From contig NC_092679.1 in NCBI RefSeq assembly GCF_964355755.1, positions 16,227,432-16,291,431 of the forward strand: 64,000 bases of DNA, in the 5' to 3' direction. Source of the stretch: Antedon mediterranea. Taxonomy: Eukaryota; Animalia; Echinodermata. Below the pieces are notes generated by a model. The model had not been told where the DNA came from and ran no database searches. It was given only the letters and a program-made list of their open reading frames with translations. The stretch's first letter is position 1; each line of letters opens with the position of its first letter. The position numbers and the translations under genes were made by a program. This document shows positions 1-13,030 of this stretch, piece after piece.

Positions 1-339
1 TCATTGATTCTTAGTTTAATAGTAAACATGAGAATATCTCAGTCTGTGGTGACCGTGAAATTAAAGAAGATTTTCCAGGAAATGATCTCTTTTGCTGCTA
101 AAAATGTCTATAGTGTTTATATTGCTCATCTTGAATTATATATTTAATAAGAATTTAAGTATATTATTTTGTGAAATGCTGGCGTTTCTTTATATTATTT
201 TATTATATACAGTATATATATATTATTTGTACAAAATACTTACCAGGTGACTAATTATGTATAAAGAATTGTGCTCATTTTAAATATTTATAAACGAATA
301 ATCCATCCAAATAAGATGAAAATGAACTAATAAACTTGA

Positions 340-3008
340 TAGTCCAGTCAAAAATCACCCTCACCATGGTATAAGAACGTACCCTAATAAAATTTCATCC
401 GTAGGTTCTATGTATATAGGTAATAACATTTCTTGATGTTGCGTCTTGCAAAACTTGGGATTTTACGAGAAAATTAGACTTTTATACCCAATTTATAACC
501 GCCTCATGTCGTATTATTGTGTACAGCGAATTCGACGAAGCGTGACTAAAATTACGAGACGCCGTTAGCGCCCATTGAAAAATACATTAACAAAGCTAAA
601 AACCTACAAAATTAATAGTTTATACAATAATTTAAATATAGTTTACAATAAATTGTATAATAAAATACATAACATATAAAGAAAACCCAAGTATAATCTC
701 AAATATTTACAGATATGTGTTTAAAAATGTACAAATCAAAATGGCCTTCCATAAAATAAAGTGCGCCCTCACTCGTCATACTTTTATCGGACTTGTATGG
801 ATGGTTATACTGTACAGTACAAGGCATTAATATATGAAACACGATGCGGTTTGTTAGTTATTGCCTCTGCAAGAGGCAGAATATTATATTTTCACAAATA
901 TATTTCTAATTTTTATCATGGAAAAAAAGAATTGTATATATTTAAACACATTACAACCTCCAGTATACCATCATGATGGATTAAGTGTATATTTGTATAT
1001 CTGCTGAAGCGTAATGATCTACTAGTTTTGCTGGTTTTATTTTTAGACATTCTTTTTTTTTCACAGCATTACTTGCGTGGATATCACAATGCATTGCATA
1101 TTTTGAACTATCATTCGCGATTATGATCTTAATTAGTGTAAGAACCAATCATTTAAGGATAATCCATTTCGTGTAGGCCTATACGAAAGATACTAGGATA
1201 GGATAAGATAAGTAGCCCTACTTTCACTTTCCAACAATTATTAAGAGCGTATCAAAGGGGCTGGTTGGCATTCGTCTGAATCAACATTTATCATTTTTCC
1301 CTTTCACCCGCCGATGCCCCCACTGCCAATGGGTAGGAGGAGCCGGTTTGATCCTCTCTGAATCCGTCTGGCCTTCACATCGTACCGATGTGTGAAGTTT
1401 GAGCCAATAAACGTCATTCATGACGATTCTTTAAGTTCGAAGTCGTCTTCCAGAATTCAAAGCATTCTAAATTTAAAGTATTTTCCCGTTTTTCCACCGT
1501 TCACATTTCACTAAATAAAAGAAAGTGAGAATGTTGGAGTGTGATTCGCGAGAAACGACATACTGTATTACCCAATTCTTCCAATTTTTTTAAGACGTGA
1601 CGTATATTAAATACTTTCTAATATAAAGTGTTTTGGTTGAGAGTAGTCCTACAATTATTATTGGACATTTTATACACAAAAGCATGTCATAAACGATCGG
1701 TTCACCTCCACGGCCTGAAAGTTCTCACTTGGGACAAAAAAGTAAAGTCCAGAACAAAAGTTTTATATGCATTTATTTCAAATATTGTTATCCGCCGAGT
1801 CCGACGCATTTTAATGCATTTAAATAAAATTTAAAAAGCTTGGGAGAACACAGTAGTTTAATTTGTTGGCTTATTCAAATGCTTATAAATGACGTTTAAA
1901 AGATGTAGGCTATTTTTCCCAAAAGTGAAGATGAACATTAATTAATTAATTAAATGTAAAAGAATAACACAGTTATCCGTCAGAAGTCTTCGAACAGAAA
2001 GAACCTTCGGTGGCAGGATTACATTTTCTAAAACACGAAATTGTCTCACACATCATACGATATGGATGCCAATAAACAATTCAAAGAAAATTAAACAAAA
2101 CTAACAATCACAAGGATTCTTTGTTGCGGATAACCAATGAGAAAATATTTCAGAGTACTTTATTAATTTAAATCTTTATTATATCGTATACGCGAAATGG
2201 ACTGTCATTTAAAAATGATTCTTACTCAAATTAATATTGACTATAATCGCGAATAAACAAATGCATTGTGATATCCACGCAAGTAATGCTGTGAAAAAAA
2301 GAATGTCCAGAATATAACCAGATAACTAGAAGATCATTACGCTATAGCATATACAATACGGCGCTTCACTTAATCCATCATGATGGTAGACTGGAGGTTG
2401 TAATGTGTTTAAATATATACAATTCTTTTTTTCCATGATAAAAACTAGAAATATATTTGTGAAAATATAATATTCTGCCTCTTGCAGAGGCAATAACTAA
2501 CAAACCGCATCGGGTTTCGTATTATTAATGCCTTGTATAACCATCATCCATACAAGTCCGATAAAAGTATGACGAGTGAGGGCGCACTTTATTTTATGGA
2601 AGGCCATTTTGATTTGTACATTTTTAAACACATATCTGTAAATATTTGAGATTATACTTGAGTTTTCTTTATATGTTATGTATTTTATTATACAATTTAT
2701 TGTAAACTATATTTAAATTATTGTATAAACTATTAATTTTGTAGGTTTTTAGCTTTGTTAATGCATTTTTCAACGGGCGCAAACGGCGTCTCGTAATTTC
2801 AGTCACGCTTCGTCGCATTCGCTGTACACAATAATACGACATGAGGTAGTTATAAATTGGGTATAAAAGTCAAATTTTCTCGTAAAATCCCAAGTTTTGC
2901 AAGACGCAACATCTAGAAATGTTATTACCTATATACATAGAACCTACGGATGAAATTTTATTAGGGTACGTTCTTATACCATGGTGAGGGTGATTTTTGA
3001 CTGGACTA
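340..3008. mobile_element. Non-autonomous long-TIR DNA transposon, Academ-like
   Basis: 340-~1124 is the near-exact reverse complement of ~2243-3008 (~780-bp TIRs). Termini are TAGTCCAGTC...GACTGGACTA, flanked by the direct repeat TGA (337-339, 3009-3011). TAG..CTA ends, 3-bp TSD and very long TIRs match the Academ superfamily. No transposase ORF in the ~1.1-kb core. Confidence 0.8.
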
Positions 3009-3145
3009 TGATATTTTGCCACATTTTTAACATTTATGTAAAAGATCCAATCCATCATGTATTTATGATTATAAAAAAAGAAAATTGGAATACTAAAAAA
3101 AATGGAAGCTATAAATGAATTTTTTAGATCCATGATAATCCTTTT

Positions 3146-3472
3146 TACACTAGCAAACTTTTGTTTGCAAACTTTGATCCCCAGCTAACATAACCTTCTC
3201 AAGTTCTCTGAAAGTTTTGTTCCCACTAAGACACAAAGCAGGACGTAAGCAGAACGCTAGTAATTTGACCAATCTGAACACGTCCTTGCTTTGCGTCGTA
3301 GTGTGAACCAAGCTAGCTTAAACAGTTGTTTAGCGTCGTGATGTGGTTTCCCGATTAATCGTACGATCAAAACGGTACTGGGTATGATCAACTATCAACA
3401 TGATCATACCCAGTACCGTTTGATCGTACGATTAATCGGGAAACTATCTTACGACAAAAAGTTGCTAGTGTA
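3146..3472. mobile_element. Nested MITE/hairpin cluster
   Basis: Outer inverted ends TACACTAGCAAACTTTT / AAAAGTTGCTAGTGTA. Inner MITE at 3213-3314 with ~35-bp imperfect TIRs. Near-perfect hairpin at 3346-3444 (45/44-bp arms, 10-nt loop). Confidence 0.6.
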
Positions 3473-4819
3473 GACCAAAACTGTCCACAAAGAAAATAAG
3501 TTAGGTTAAAGTTTTGATTAAAGATCAAATTAATTTCTTTATAATTGTAGATGGCTGAATTAAATTAATTGAATTTTCTCTCAATTAAATATATAAACAG
3601 AATATTCACTATAGAGAGAAGTTAGAATTAAATAGTCTAGTATTATGTTAGATAAAGCAAGCGAAGTATTACAATACAATAATGTTAATATTTAATAAAA
3701 CACTAATTTAATTACGAAACAATTAATTGTCAAGAACTAATTGGATTTTGGGGGTGGGGAATTAAGGGATATGGGGTGTTTATAAACATGCTTTGTTATT
3801 CTCATTCCATTGTTTTAATATGATTTAAAGTTGTACATTGTTTTTGTAATGTTAGTATTGGTGCAATGTTTAGATATATGACATTAGTACTTGATTATAT
3901 GAATTAACTTGAAAATATGTATTTAAAAATGTCATATTATTTTGTATAATACAATATGATCTTTTTTATTACATGCCTATTTATTTCATCTGTTGTAGTA
4001 TTTTGACGCGACGTGAGAAAAATAACTTACAATATAAAAAAAATAATATAATATGAGTAACATACCCATTAATCGTCCATAGCAATACCAAAGACTAGCT
4101 TCTAGCTAGATTTATTGGAACACTACACGCTCATATAATGATGTGTTAACACATCTGTGATCTTAGTTTTAAAACGGTTTTCAACTAATGAATTTATTTC
4201 GCGTGAATATAAAGTGTTCACTAATGCGCATGCGTAATAATATTTTGTGACATGGTAAAATTCGCAACCGATCACAACTCATTAATGTTCGATTCGTGCC
4301 AATGTATTTGTTAATGGAAAAGACATCACAGTCAAAAGTGGGCAGGTGAAACTGATTGTAAGGTTATTTATCTAAGAGCAGAGAAGGACAACCCTTATTC
4401 CAAACCGCGGCTGAAGTTTGTTGTTTGGGTGTGGAAATCTTGGACATACTGGTTAAAAGCCGGCTGGAAGAGTTCAATGCGGACCTACGAGTAAGAGTTG
4501 ATGATAAGCAGATAAGAGCAGGCGGCTCATCGTAAAAAACAGAACTCGCTCAACACCCTTCCTCAAAACGGTTTATATGTGCGCTTAAAGTTGAGTTTTG
4601 GAAGTTAGAACACTGGTTCCGTGGTTGGTATAGAAGTATGGAGGTGGCAGAAGATTTTAGAAAGCGTCAGGTGGACATGTTTAAGAGACAAGATGGACAG
4701 AATCGGAGCCAAAAGGTGAAATAGATTGAAAGAAGGTGATGAATCTGCATGTGTGTGGGTACGATGGAGATGACCGAGAAAGAGGGAAAGAAATTAATAT
4801 TGTAGTGATGGTACAAGAT

Positions 4820-5570
4820 TATCAAGTAATGCTAAAAGAGAGCTGTTTCCCACCACAAATTGGCCGAGAAGAAGTGACGATATGACGATTCAGTAGATTT
4901 GTTAAGGGATGTAGGTGGTTATAGGAAGTCATGGTGGCTTTAGCATAGGTACACGAAATGGAGAATGACAAAGTTTTTTTAGTTGGGTTTTTAAAAAACA
5001 AATGAAAGACCAAAAATATGAAGCCGTAACATGATGGCAATGACCAACATGCTGAAATCCAATGGATGAACATGTGACTGAAGACGTCGAATTCAACCCA
5101 TGGGCTGTAGGCTATGTGAGGAAAGATATACGATTCCAACAATTTCAGATTATGTGAGAAATGCAGTAGCATAACATAACAGATTTCCCCAACCCTACTC
5201 GAGGAATGGGTCCGTGCCAGATTTTATGGGGTCACAAATCAAGAATGAGATCATTTTAATTTTAAGTAGCAGTAATTGAAGAAAATGCAAATGGAGAAGA
5301 TTGGAATAGTGAATAGCTTTTGTAGAAGTGGTAAAATCAGAATCGGGGCTGTTTTGGATATACTGTAAGTTCAACTGACCACGTAGAAGATTCACATTGG
5401 AATTCACAAAGCATGTTTGCGATTGGCGAAGGTGTAATGACGCCGAAACATGCAACATAAAAGAAGTCAAGAAGGCATTTTGAGAAGAGCTGAAAGGGCA
5501 ATGATAAGTATAGTAGACCGTCTGGGAATACCGGGTGATGTATGAATAATACATAGTAGATAACATTACA
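4820..5570 (-). pseudogene. Possible highly decayed DIRS/Ngaro-type tyrosine recombinase remnant
   Basis: The minus-strand translation contains IKSGTDPF(LE*G), resembling the KxSKTDPFxxG motif of Ngaro/DIRS recombinases. The frame is broken and other motifs are barely recognisable. Confidence 0.3.
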
Positions 5571-6619
5571 ACTATAATAGCAGTGAACTAGTATTTCCTA
5601 CGTTAACGGCAATATCTTGTTGAAACACCGCACAGTGGGCAAGAATCAATTCAAAGTGTACCAAAACTCCATAATCGTCAATGTGGCAATCCAAACTTTT
5701 TAATATTGTATTAAGAAAGACAACTTAAATTATATAAATCCACTAATAATTTTATATTTGGTAAATTTTATTAGTGTTTTGTAACCATAGAAACTGGAAC
5801 AAACCATGAAATTTCACTTAAAATGAACAAAAACAAACACATAGTTCTCTCAACAAAGAAAAGTGCACCAGCTTGTATTAGACGGAGAACCAGGGAACTG
5901 ATGATGTCCTGAAGCGTTAAGCAAAATTGTCATTAAAATATGTTCTGAAGTTTGCAATATTCAACAGTTTAATATTGATTTTGTTTAGAACGATGCATGA
6001 GAAATACAGTTAGTTCTTAGCTGGGATGATGTTTCTGGCACATCTGTCATATCTAGTTCAGTTTCGTTACTAAACGAAAACGTTTGGTAAAGGCTTGTGA
6101 TGACCACAGTAGCATCTTGTTTTTTTTCAAAAAATTTTCCAGATTTCGACCTTTTTATTTTTCAATAAAACTGGTTACTATAGCCATGGATTAAGGAATA
6201 GAAGGATATTCATCGACGGTAACATCAAACGATTTTCCAACGGGCTTGCCTATACTAAAGCACTGCTGCCAATCAAACAAACACGCTCATAACCGCGGCC
6301 CTCTATAGAACGCTGCGAATCAAATCGTAGCCATGTAGAAATCGTATGCGCAGTCTGATTGTTCTATTGACATGTCTGCGTTAATGATTAATTGACAACA
6401 ACAATATATTTCTGAACAATGTTTTGTTTAATTTCATCACAATCGGATTACGAAAAGTTCACTTGCGACCGGTAATTTTAAGTAGTAATAATAATAAAAT
6501 ATGCAATTTTTATATTTGAATTATCATATTGGCCTGCCACCTCCTGTCATTAAAAATTGCGTTAATCTATAGAATATTAAATGATGCAATTAAATTGGGC
6601 ATTTTTTTTTAAATTACCA

Positions 6620-9600
6620 AATTTTGAGCTTTTTATATAACTGGTTACTATAGCATAATTGACATGCGCAGAATCCATTATTCGACTCTGCGCACGTATA
6701 TTATGCTATAGTAACCATTTATGTCTAAAAATAAAAGGGCTGAAAATTGGCCATTTTTCGAAAATTTCCCTGTACTGTAGTACAGGGATTTTTTCCAAAA
6801 ATGGGCAAATTTCGACCTTTTTATTTTTCGATATAAATGGTTACTATATCATAATTGACATGCGCAGAACCCATTAATCGACTCTGCACATGTTTATTAT
6901 GCTATAGTAACCATTTATGTCTAAAAATAATTTTCTACCATTTTATTTTTTGACATAACTGGTTGCTATAGCATAATTGACATGCGCAGAACCCATTATT
7001 CGACTCTGCGCATGTATAGTATGCTATAGTAACCATTTATGTCTAAAAAAAAAGGGTTGCAATTTGGCCATTTTTCTAAATTTTCCCTGTACTATAGTAC
7101 AGGGATTTTTTCCAAAAATGGCAAAATTTCGACCTTTTTATTTTTCGATATAAATGGTTCCTATATCATAATTGACATGCGCAGAACCCATTAATCGACT
7201 GTGCGCATGTTTATTATGCTATAAAAATAATTTTCGACTATTTTATTTTTTGACATAACTGGTTACTATAGCATAATTGATATGCGCAGAACCCATCATT
7301 CGACTCTGCGCATGTATATTATGCTATAGTAACCATTTATGTCTAAATATAAAAGGGTTGAAAATTGGCAATTTTTCAAAATTTTCCCTTACTATAGTAC
7401 AGGGATTTTTTCCCAAAATGGGCAAATTTTTACCTTTTTATTTTTCGATATAAATGGTTACTATATCATAATTGACATGCGCAGAACCCATTAATCGACT
7501 CTGCCCATGTTTATTATGCTATAGTAACTATTTATGTCTAAAAATAATTTTCGACCATTTTATTTTTTGACATAACTGGTTACTATAGCATAATTGATAT
7601 GCGCAGAACCCATTATTCGACTCCGCGCATGTATATTATGCTATAGTAACCATTTATGTCTAAAAATAAAAGGGTTGAAAATTGGCCATTTTTCGAAAAT
7701 TTACCTGTACTATAGTAAAGGAATTTTTTCAAAAAATGGGCAAATTTCGACCTTTTTATTTTCGATATAAATGGTTACTATATCATAATTGACATGCGCA
7801 GACCCCATTAATCGACTGTGCGCATGTTTATTATGCTATAGTAACCATTTATGTCTAAAAATAATTTTCGACTATTTTATTTTTTGACATAACTGTTTAC
7901 TATAGCATAATTGACATGCGCAGAACCCATCATTCGACTCTGCGTAAGTATATTATGCTATAGTAACCATTTATTTCTAAAAATAAAAGGGTTGAAAATT
8001 GGCCATTTTTATAAATTTTCCCTGTACTATAGTACAGGGATTTTTTTCCAAAAACGGCCAAATTTCGACCTTTTTATTTTTCGATATAAATGGTTCCTAT
8101 ATCATAATTGACATGCGCAGAACCCATCATTCGACTCTGCGCAAGTATATTATGCTATAGTAACCATTTATTTCTAAAAATAAAAGGGTTGAAAATTGGC
8201 AATTTTTCTAAATTTTCCCTGTACTATAGTACCGGGATTTTTTCCAAAACGGCCAAATTTCGACCTTTTTATTTTTCGATATAAATGGTTCCTATATCAT
8301 AATTGACATGCGCAGACCCCATTAATCGACTGTACGCATGTTTATTATGCTATAGTAACCATTTATGTCTAAAAATAAAAGGGTTGAAAATTGGCCATTT
8401 TTCGAAAATTTACTTGTACTATAGTAAAGGGATTTTTTCCAAAAACGGCCAAATTTCGACCTTTTTATTTTTCGATATAAATGGTTCATATATCATAATT
8501 GACATTCGCAGACCCATTAATCGACTGTACGCATGTTTATTATGCTATAGTAACCATTTATGTCTAAAAATAATTTTCGACTATTTTATTTTTTTACATA
8601 ACTGGTTACTATAGCCTAATTGACATGCGCAGAACCCATCATTCGACTCTGCGCATGTATATTATGCTATTGTAACCATTAATGTCTAAAAATAAAAGGG
8701 CTGAAAATTGGCTATTTTTCGAAAATTTCCCTGTACTATAGTACAGGGATTTTTTCCAAAAATGGAAAAATTTCGACCTTTTTATTTTTCGATATAAATG
8801 GTTACTATATCATATTTGACATGCGCAGAACCCATTAATCGACTCTGCGCATGTTTATTATGCTATAGTAACCATTTATGTCTAAAAATAAAAGGGTTGA
8901 AAATTGGCCATTTTTCAAAAATTTACCTGTACTATAGTAAAGGGATTTTTTCCAAAAATGGGCAAATTTCGACCTTTTTATTTTCGATATAAATGGTTAC
9001 TATATCATAAATGACATGCGCAGACCCCATTAATCGACTGTGCGCATGTTTATTATGCTATAGTAACCATTTATGTCTAAAAATAATTTTCGACTATTTT
9101 ATTTTTTGACATAACTGGTTACTATAGCATAATTGACGTGCGCAGAACCCATCATTCGACTCTGCGCAAGTATATTATGCTATAGTAACCATTTATTTCT
9201 AAAAATAAAAGGGTTGAAAATTGGCCATTTTTCTAAATTTTCCTTGTACTATAGTACAGGGATTTTTTCCAAAATTGGGCAAATTTTTACCTTTTTATTT
9301 TTCGATATAAATGGTTACTATATCATAATTGACATGCGCAGAACCCATTAATCAACTCTGCGCAACTGTAACCATTAATGTCTAAAAATAAAAGGGCTAA
9401 AAAATGGCAATTTTTCGAAAATTTCCCTGTACTATAGTACAGGGATTTTTTCCAAAAATGGCCAAATTTCGACCTTTTTATTTTTCGATATAAATGGTTA
9501 CTATATCATAATTGACATGCGCAGACCCCATTAATCGACTGTGCGCATGTTTATTATGCTATAGTAACCATTTATGTCTAAAAATAATTTTCGATTATTT

Positions 9601-12350
9601 AATTTTTTGACATAACTGGTTACTATAGCATAATTGACATGCGCAGAACCCATCATTCGACTCTGCGCAAGTATATTATGCTATAGTAACCATTTATTTC
9701 TAAAAATAAAAGGGTTGAAAATTGGCCATTTTTCTAAATTTTCCCTATAGTATAGTACAGCGATGTTTTAAAAAAATGGCCAAATTTTTACCTTTTTATT
9801 TTTCGATATAAATGGTTACTATATCATAATTGACATGCGCAGAACCCATTAATCAACTCTGCGCAACTGTAACCATTAATGTCTAAAAATAAAAGGGCTA
9901 CAAAATTGCCATTTTTCGAAAATTTCCCTGTACTATAGTACAGGGATTTTTTCCAAAAATGGCCAAATTTTGACCTCTTTATTTTTCGATATAAATGGTT
10001 ACTATATCATAATTGACATGCGCAGACCCCATTAATCGACTGTGCGCATGTTTATTATGCTATAGTAACCATTTATGTCTAAAAATAATTTTCGATTATT
10101 TAATTTTTTGACATAACTGGTTACTATAGCATAATTGACATGCGCAGAACCCATCATTCGACTCTGCGCAAGTATATTATGCTATAGTAACCATTTATTT
10201 CTAAAAATAAAAGGGTTGAAAATTGGCCATTTTTCTAAATTTTCCCTATAGTATAGTACAGCGATGTTTTCAAAAAATGGCCAAATTTTTACCTTTTTAT
10301 TTTTCGATATAAATGGTTACTATATCATAATTGACATGCGCAGAACCCATTAATCGACTCTGCGCATGTTTATTATGCTATAGTAGCCATTTATGTCTAA
10401 AAATAATTTTCGACCATTTTATTTTTTGACATAACTGGTTACTATAGCATAATTGATATGCGCAGAACCCATTATTCGACTCTGCGCATGTATATTATGC
10501 TATAGTAACCATTTATGTCTAAAAATAAAAGGGTTGAAAATTGGCCATTTTTCGAAAATTTTCCCTATAGTATAGTACAGCGATGTTTTCAAAAAATGGC
10601 CAAATTTTTACCTTTTTATTTTTCGATATAAATGGTTACTATATCATAATTGACATGCGCAGACCCCATTAATCGACTGTGCGCATGTTTATTATGCTAT
10701 AGTAACCATTTATGTCTACAAATAATTTTCGACTATTTTATTTTTTGACATAACTGGTTACTATAGCATAATTGATATGCGCAGAACCCATTATTCGACT
10801 CTGCGCATGTATATTATACAAATAATGAATGTTTATGAGTGCAATGGTACAAATAATGGCACGAGGTGAATGATGAAAGGTTATATCAACGAGGCAGAGC
10901 CGAGTTGATATAACCTTTCATCATTCACCAAGTGCCATTATTTGTACCATTACACGAATACAAAACATTCATTATTTGTTTTATATAACATCTAAATAAC
11001 AAACAAAAATGTTTCAAAAAGTACTATTTAACGATCGTTGAATAGTGCGTACTATTGCACGCCATGTGACCCACATTCGTCCAATCAAATGACAGGAATT
11101 TATATAGGTGTTATATAATATGCTATAGTAACCATTTATGTCTAAAAATAAAAGGGTTGAAAATTGGCCATTTTTCGAAAATTTACCTGTACTATAGTAC
11201 AGGGATTTTTTCCAAAAATGGGCAAATTTCGACCTTTTTATTTTTCGATATAAAATAATTGTTACTATATCATAAATGACATGCGCAGAACCCATTAATC
11301 GACTGTGCGCATGTTTATTATGCTATAGTAAACATTTATGTCTAAAAATAATTTTCGACCATTTTATTTTTTGACATAAGTGGTTACTATAGCATAATTG
11401 ACATGCGCAGAACCCATTATTCGACTCTGCGCATGTATATTATACTATAGTAACCATTTATGTCTAAAAATAAAAGGGTTGAAAATTGGCCATTTTTCTA
11501 AATTTTTCCTGTACTATAGTACTGGGATTTTTTCCTAAAATAGCCAAATTTCGACCTTTTTATTTTTCGATATAAATGGTTCCTATATCATAATTGACAT
11601 GCGCAGACCCCATTAATCGACTGTGCGCATGTTTATTATGCTATAGTAACCATTTATGTCTAAAAATAATTTTCGATTATTTTATTTTTTGACATAACTG
11701 GTTACTATAGCATAATTGATATGCGCAGAACCCATTATTCCACTCTGCGCATGTATATTATGCTATAGTAACCATTTATGTCTAAAAATAAAAGGGCTCA
11801 AAATTGGCCATTTTTCGAAAATTTCCCTGTACTATAGTACAGGGATTTTTTCCAAAAATGGCCAAATTTCGACCTTTTTATTTTTCGATATAAATGGTTA
11901 CTATATCATAATTGACATGCGCAGACCCCATTAATCGACTGTGCGCATGTTTATTATGCTATAGTAACCATTTATGTCTAAAAATAATTTTCGACTATTT
12001 TATTTTTTGACATAACTGGTTACTATATCATAATTGACATGCGCAGACGCCATTAATCGACTCTGCGCATGTGTATTATGCTATAGTAACCATTTATGTC
12101 TAAAAACAAAAGGATTGAAAATTGGCCATTTTTCGAAAATTTCTCTGTATTCTACTCAGCGCATGTTTATTATGCTATAGTAACCATTTATGTCTAAAAA
12201 TAAAAAGACCGAAAGTTTCCCACTACAGGGATTTTTTTTTTTAAATTGCTATAAATTTCGACCTTTTTATGTTTCGATAAAACTGGTTACTATAGCATTA
12301 TTGACATGTGCAGAGTCGAATAATGGGTTCTGCGCATATCAACTATGCTA
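6620..12350. repeat. Palindromic satellite with a ~318-bp higher-order unit (196 + 122 bp subunits)
   Basis: The core TTGACATGCGCAGA recurs at 6659, 6855, 6977 and onward, with spacings of 196 and 122 bp and 30+ cores in total. Degenerate relatives occur at ~6130-6185, 12520-12590, 12750-12840, 13480-13630 and 15160-15400. Confidence 0.95.
10818..11118. mobile_element. 301-bp hairpin element inserted in the satellite (resembles non-autonomous CryptonV-type elements)
   Basis: Interrupts the satellite motif gtatattat|gctatag. Contains a long imperfect hairpin at 10818-10979 centred on CGAGGCAGAGCCGAG, repeated TTATATAA sites (10981, 11111) and a CCAATCAAA motif. The family assignment is from recalled resemblance only. 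Confidence 0.6.
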
Positions 12351-12402
12351 TACTAACAAAAAAACTTGATATTTTTCGGGAAATCCATAGTACAGGGATT
12401 TT

Positions 12403-12510
12403 TAGTCACGTGGACGCGACTCTATAGTTCACTATGTCGGTCGGTCGGTCTTTCTGTCGGTCCGGTATCACTATGCGTTTTAGCACGCGACTTATGGCTG
12501 TTGGCCTTGT
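12403..12510 (+). mobile_element. Helentron-associated non-autonomous element (HINE/DINE-1-like)
   Basis: 5' TAGTCACGTGGACGCGACT short inverted repeat, (GTCG)n microsatellite, 3' CACGCGACT followed by GGC..GGCCTTGT. Inserted in a T-run of the satellite unit. Confidence 0.6.
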
Positions 12511-12844
12511 TTTTTTAAAAGGCCAAATTTCGAACCTATTATTTTTCGACATAACTGGTTAGTATATCAAAATTGACATGCGCAGATTCATAAAATAAAT
12601 AGGATACGATTAAAATAAGTTAGAAGTTTACCACTGTGCGTTACTATAGCGCACAGTGATAGTGAATAGGATACGATAAAAATCGTTAAGAAATTTACCA
12701 CTTTGCGCTACTATATCTATTTTGTTTGTAAATAGCGCACAGTGATGTGTTCTGCGCATGTCAATTATGATATAATAACCAATTATGTAAAAAAATGGAA
12801 AGGTTAAGGGATTTAAAAAAAAAAAATTTCGGAAAATTGTCAAA

Positions 12845-13030
12845 TTTCTTCTGCGGTTATACTATTGTAACCCGGACCTTTTCTATTAGATAGAATCGTT
12901 TTAATTGCACTAGTCACTTCCTTCCTCAGTATATCCCATTCATTTTCTGTGCTTGGTATTTTTGGTATTATTATTTGCAGCCTTCTCATTTGTAGGGTTA
13001 CTGTTGTTATATAGCTTATTGTCATTTTCT
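12845..13030 (-). mobile_element. RTE-like LINE ORF fragment
   Basis: ILRKEVTSAIKTILSNRKGPGYNSITAEEI matches the pre-RT motif ILxxEVxxAIxxLKxxKAPGxDxIxAExL. Confidence 0.6.

Noticed and set aside
761-3133. Short ORFs at 761-976, 1628-1834 and 2870-3133
   Set aside because: They lie in or across the TIR element and show no protein motifs, so they are chance ORFs.
6659-11934. Family of similar 64-103 aa ORFs (MTCAEPIIRLCA...)
   Set aside because: They are translations of satellite units with frequent frameshifts and non-ATG starts, not a gene family.
12632-12658. CACTGTG/CACAGTG heptamers as the right end of the RSS-like element at 5631
   Set aside because: They form a local hairpin, share only ~10 bp with the 5631 end, and there is no matching 5-bp TSD.
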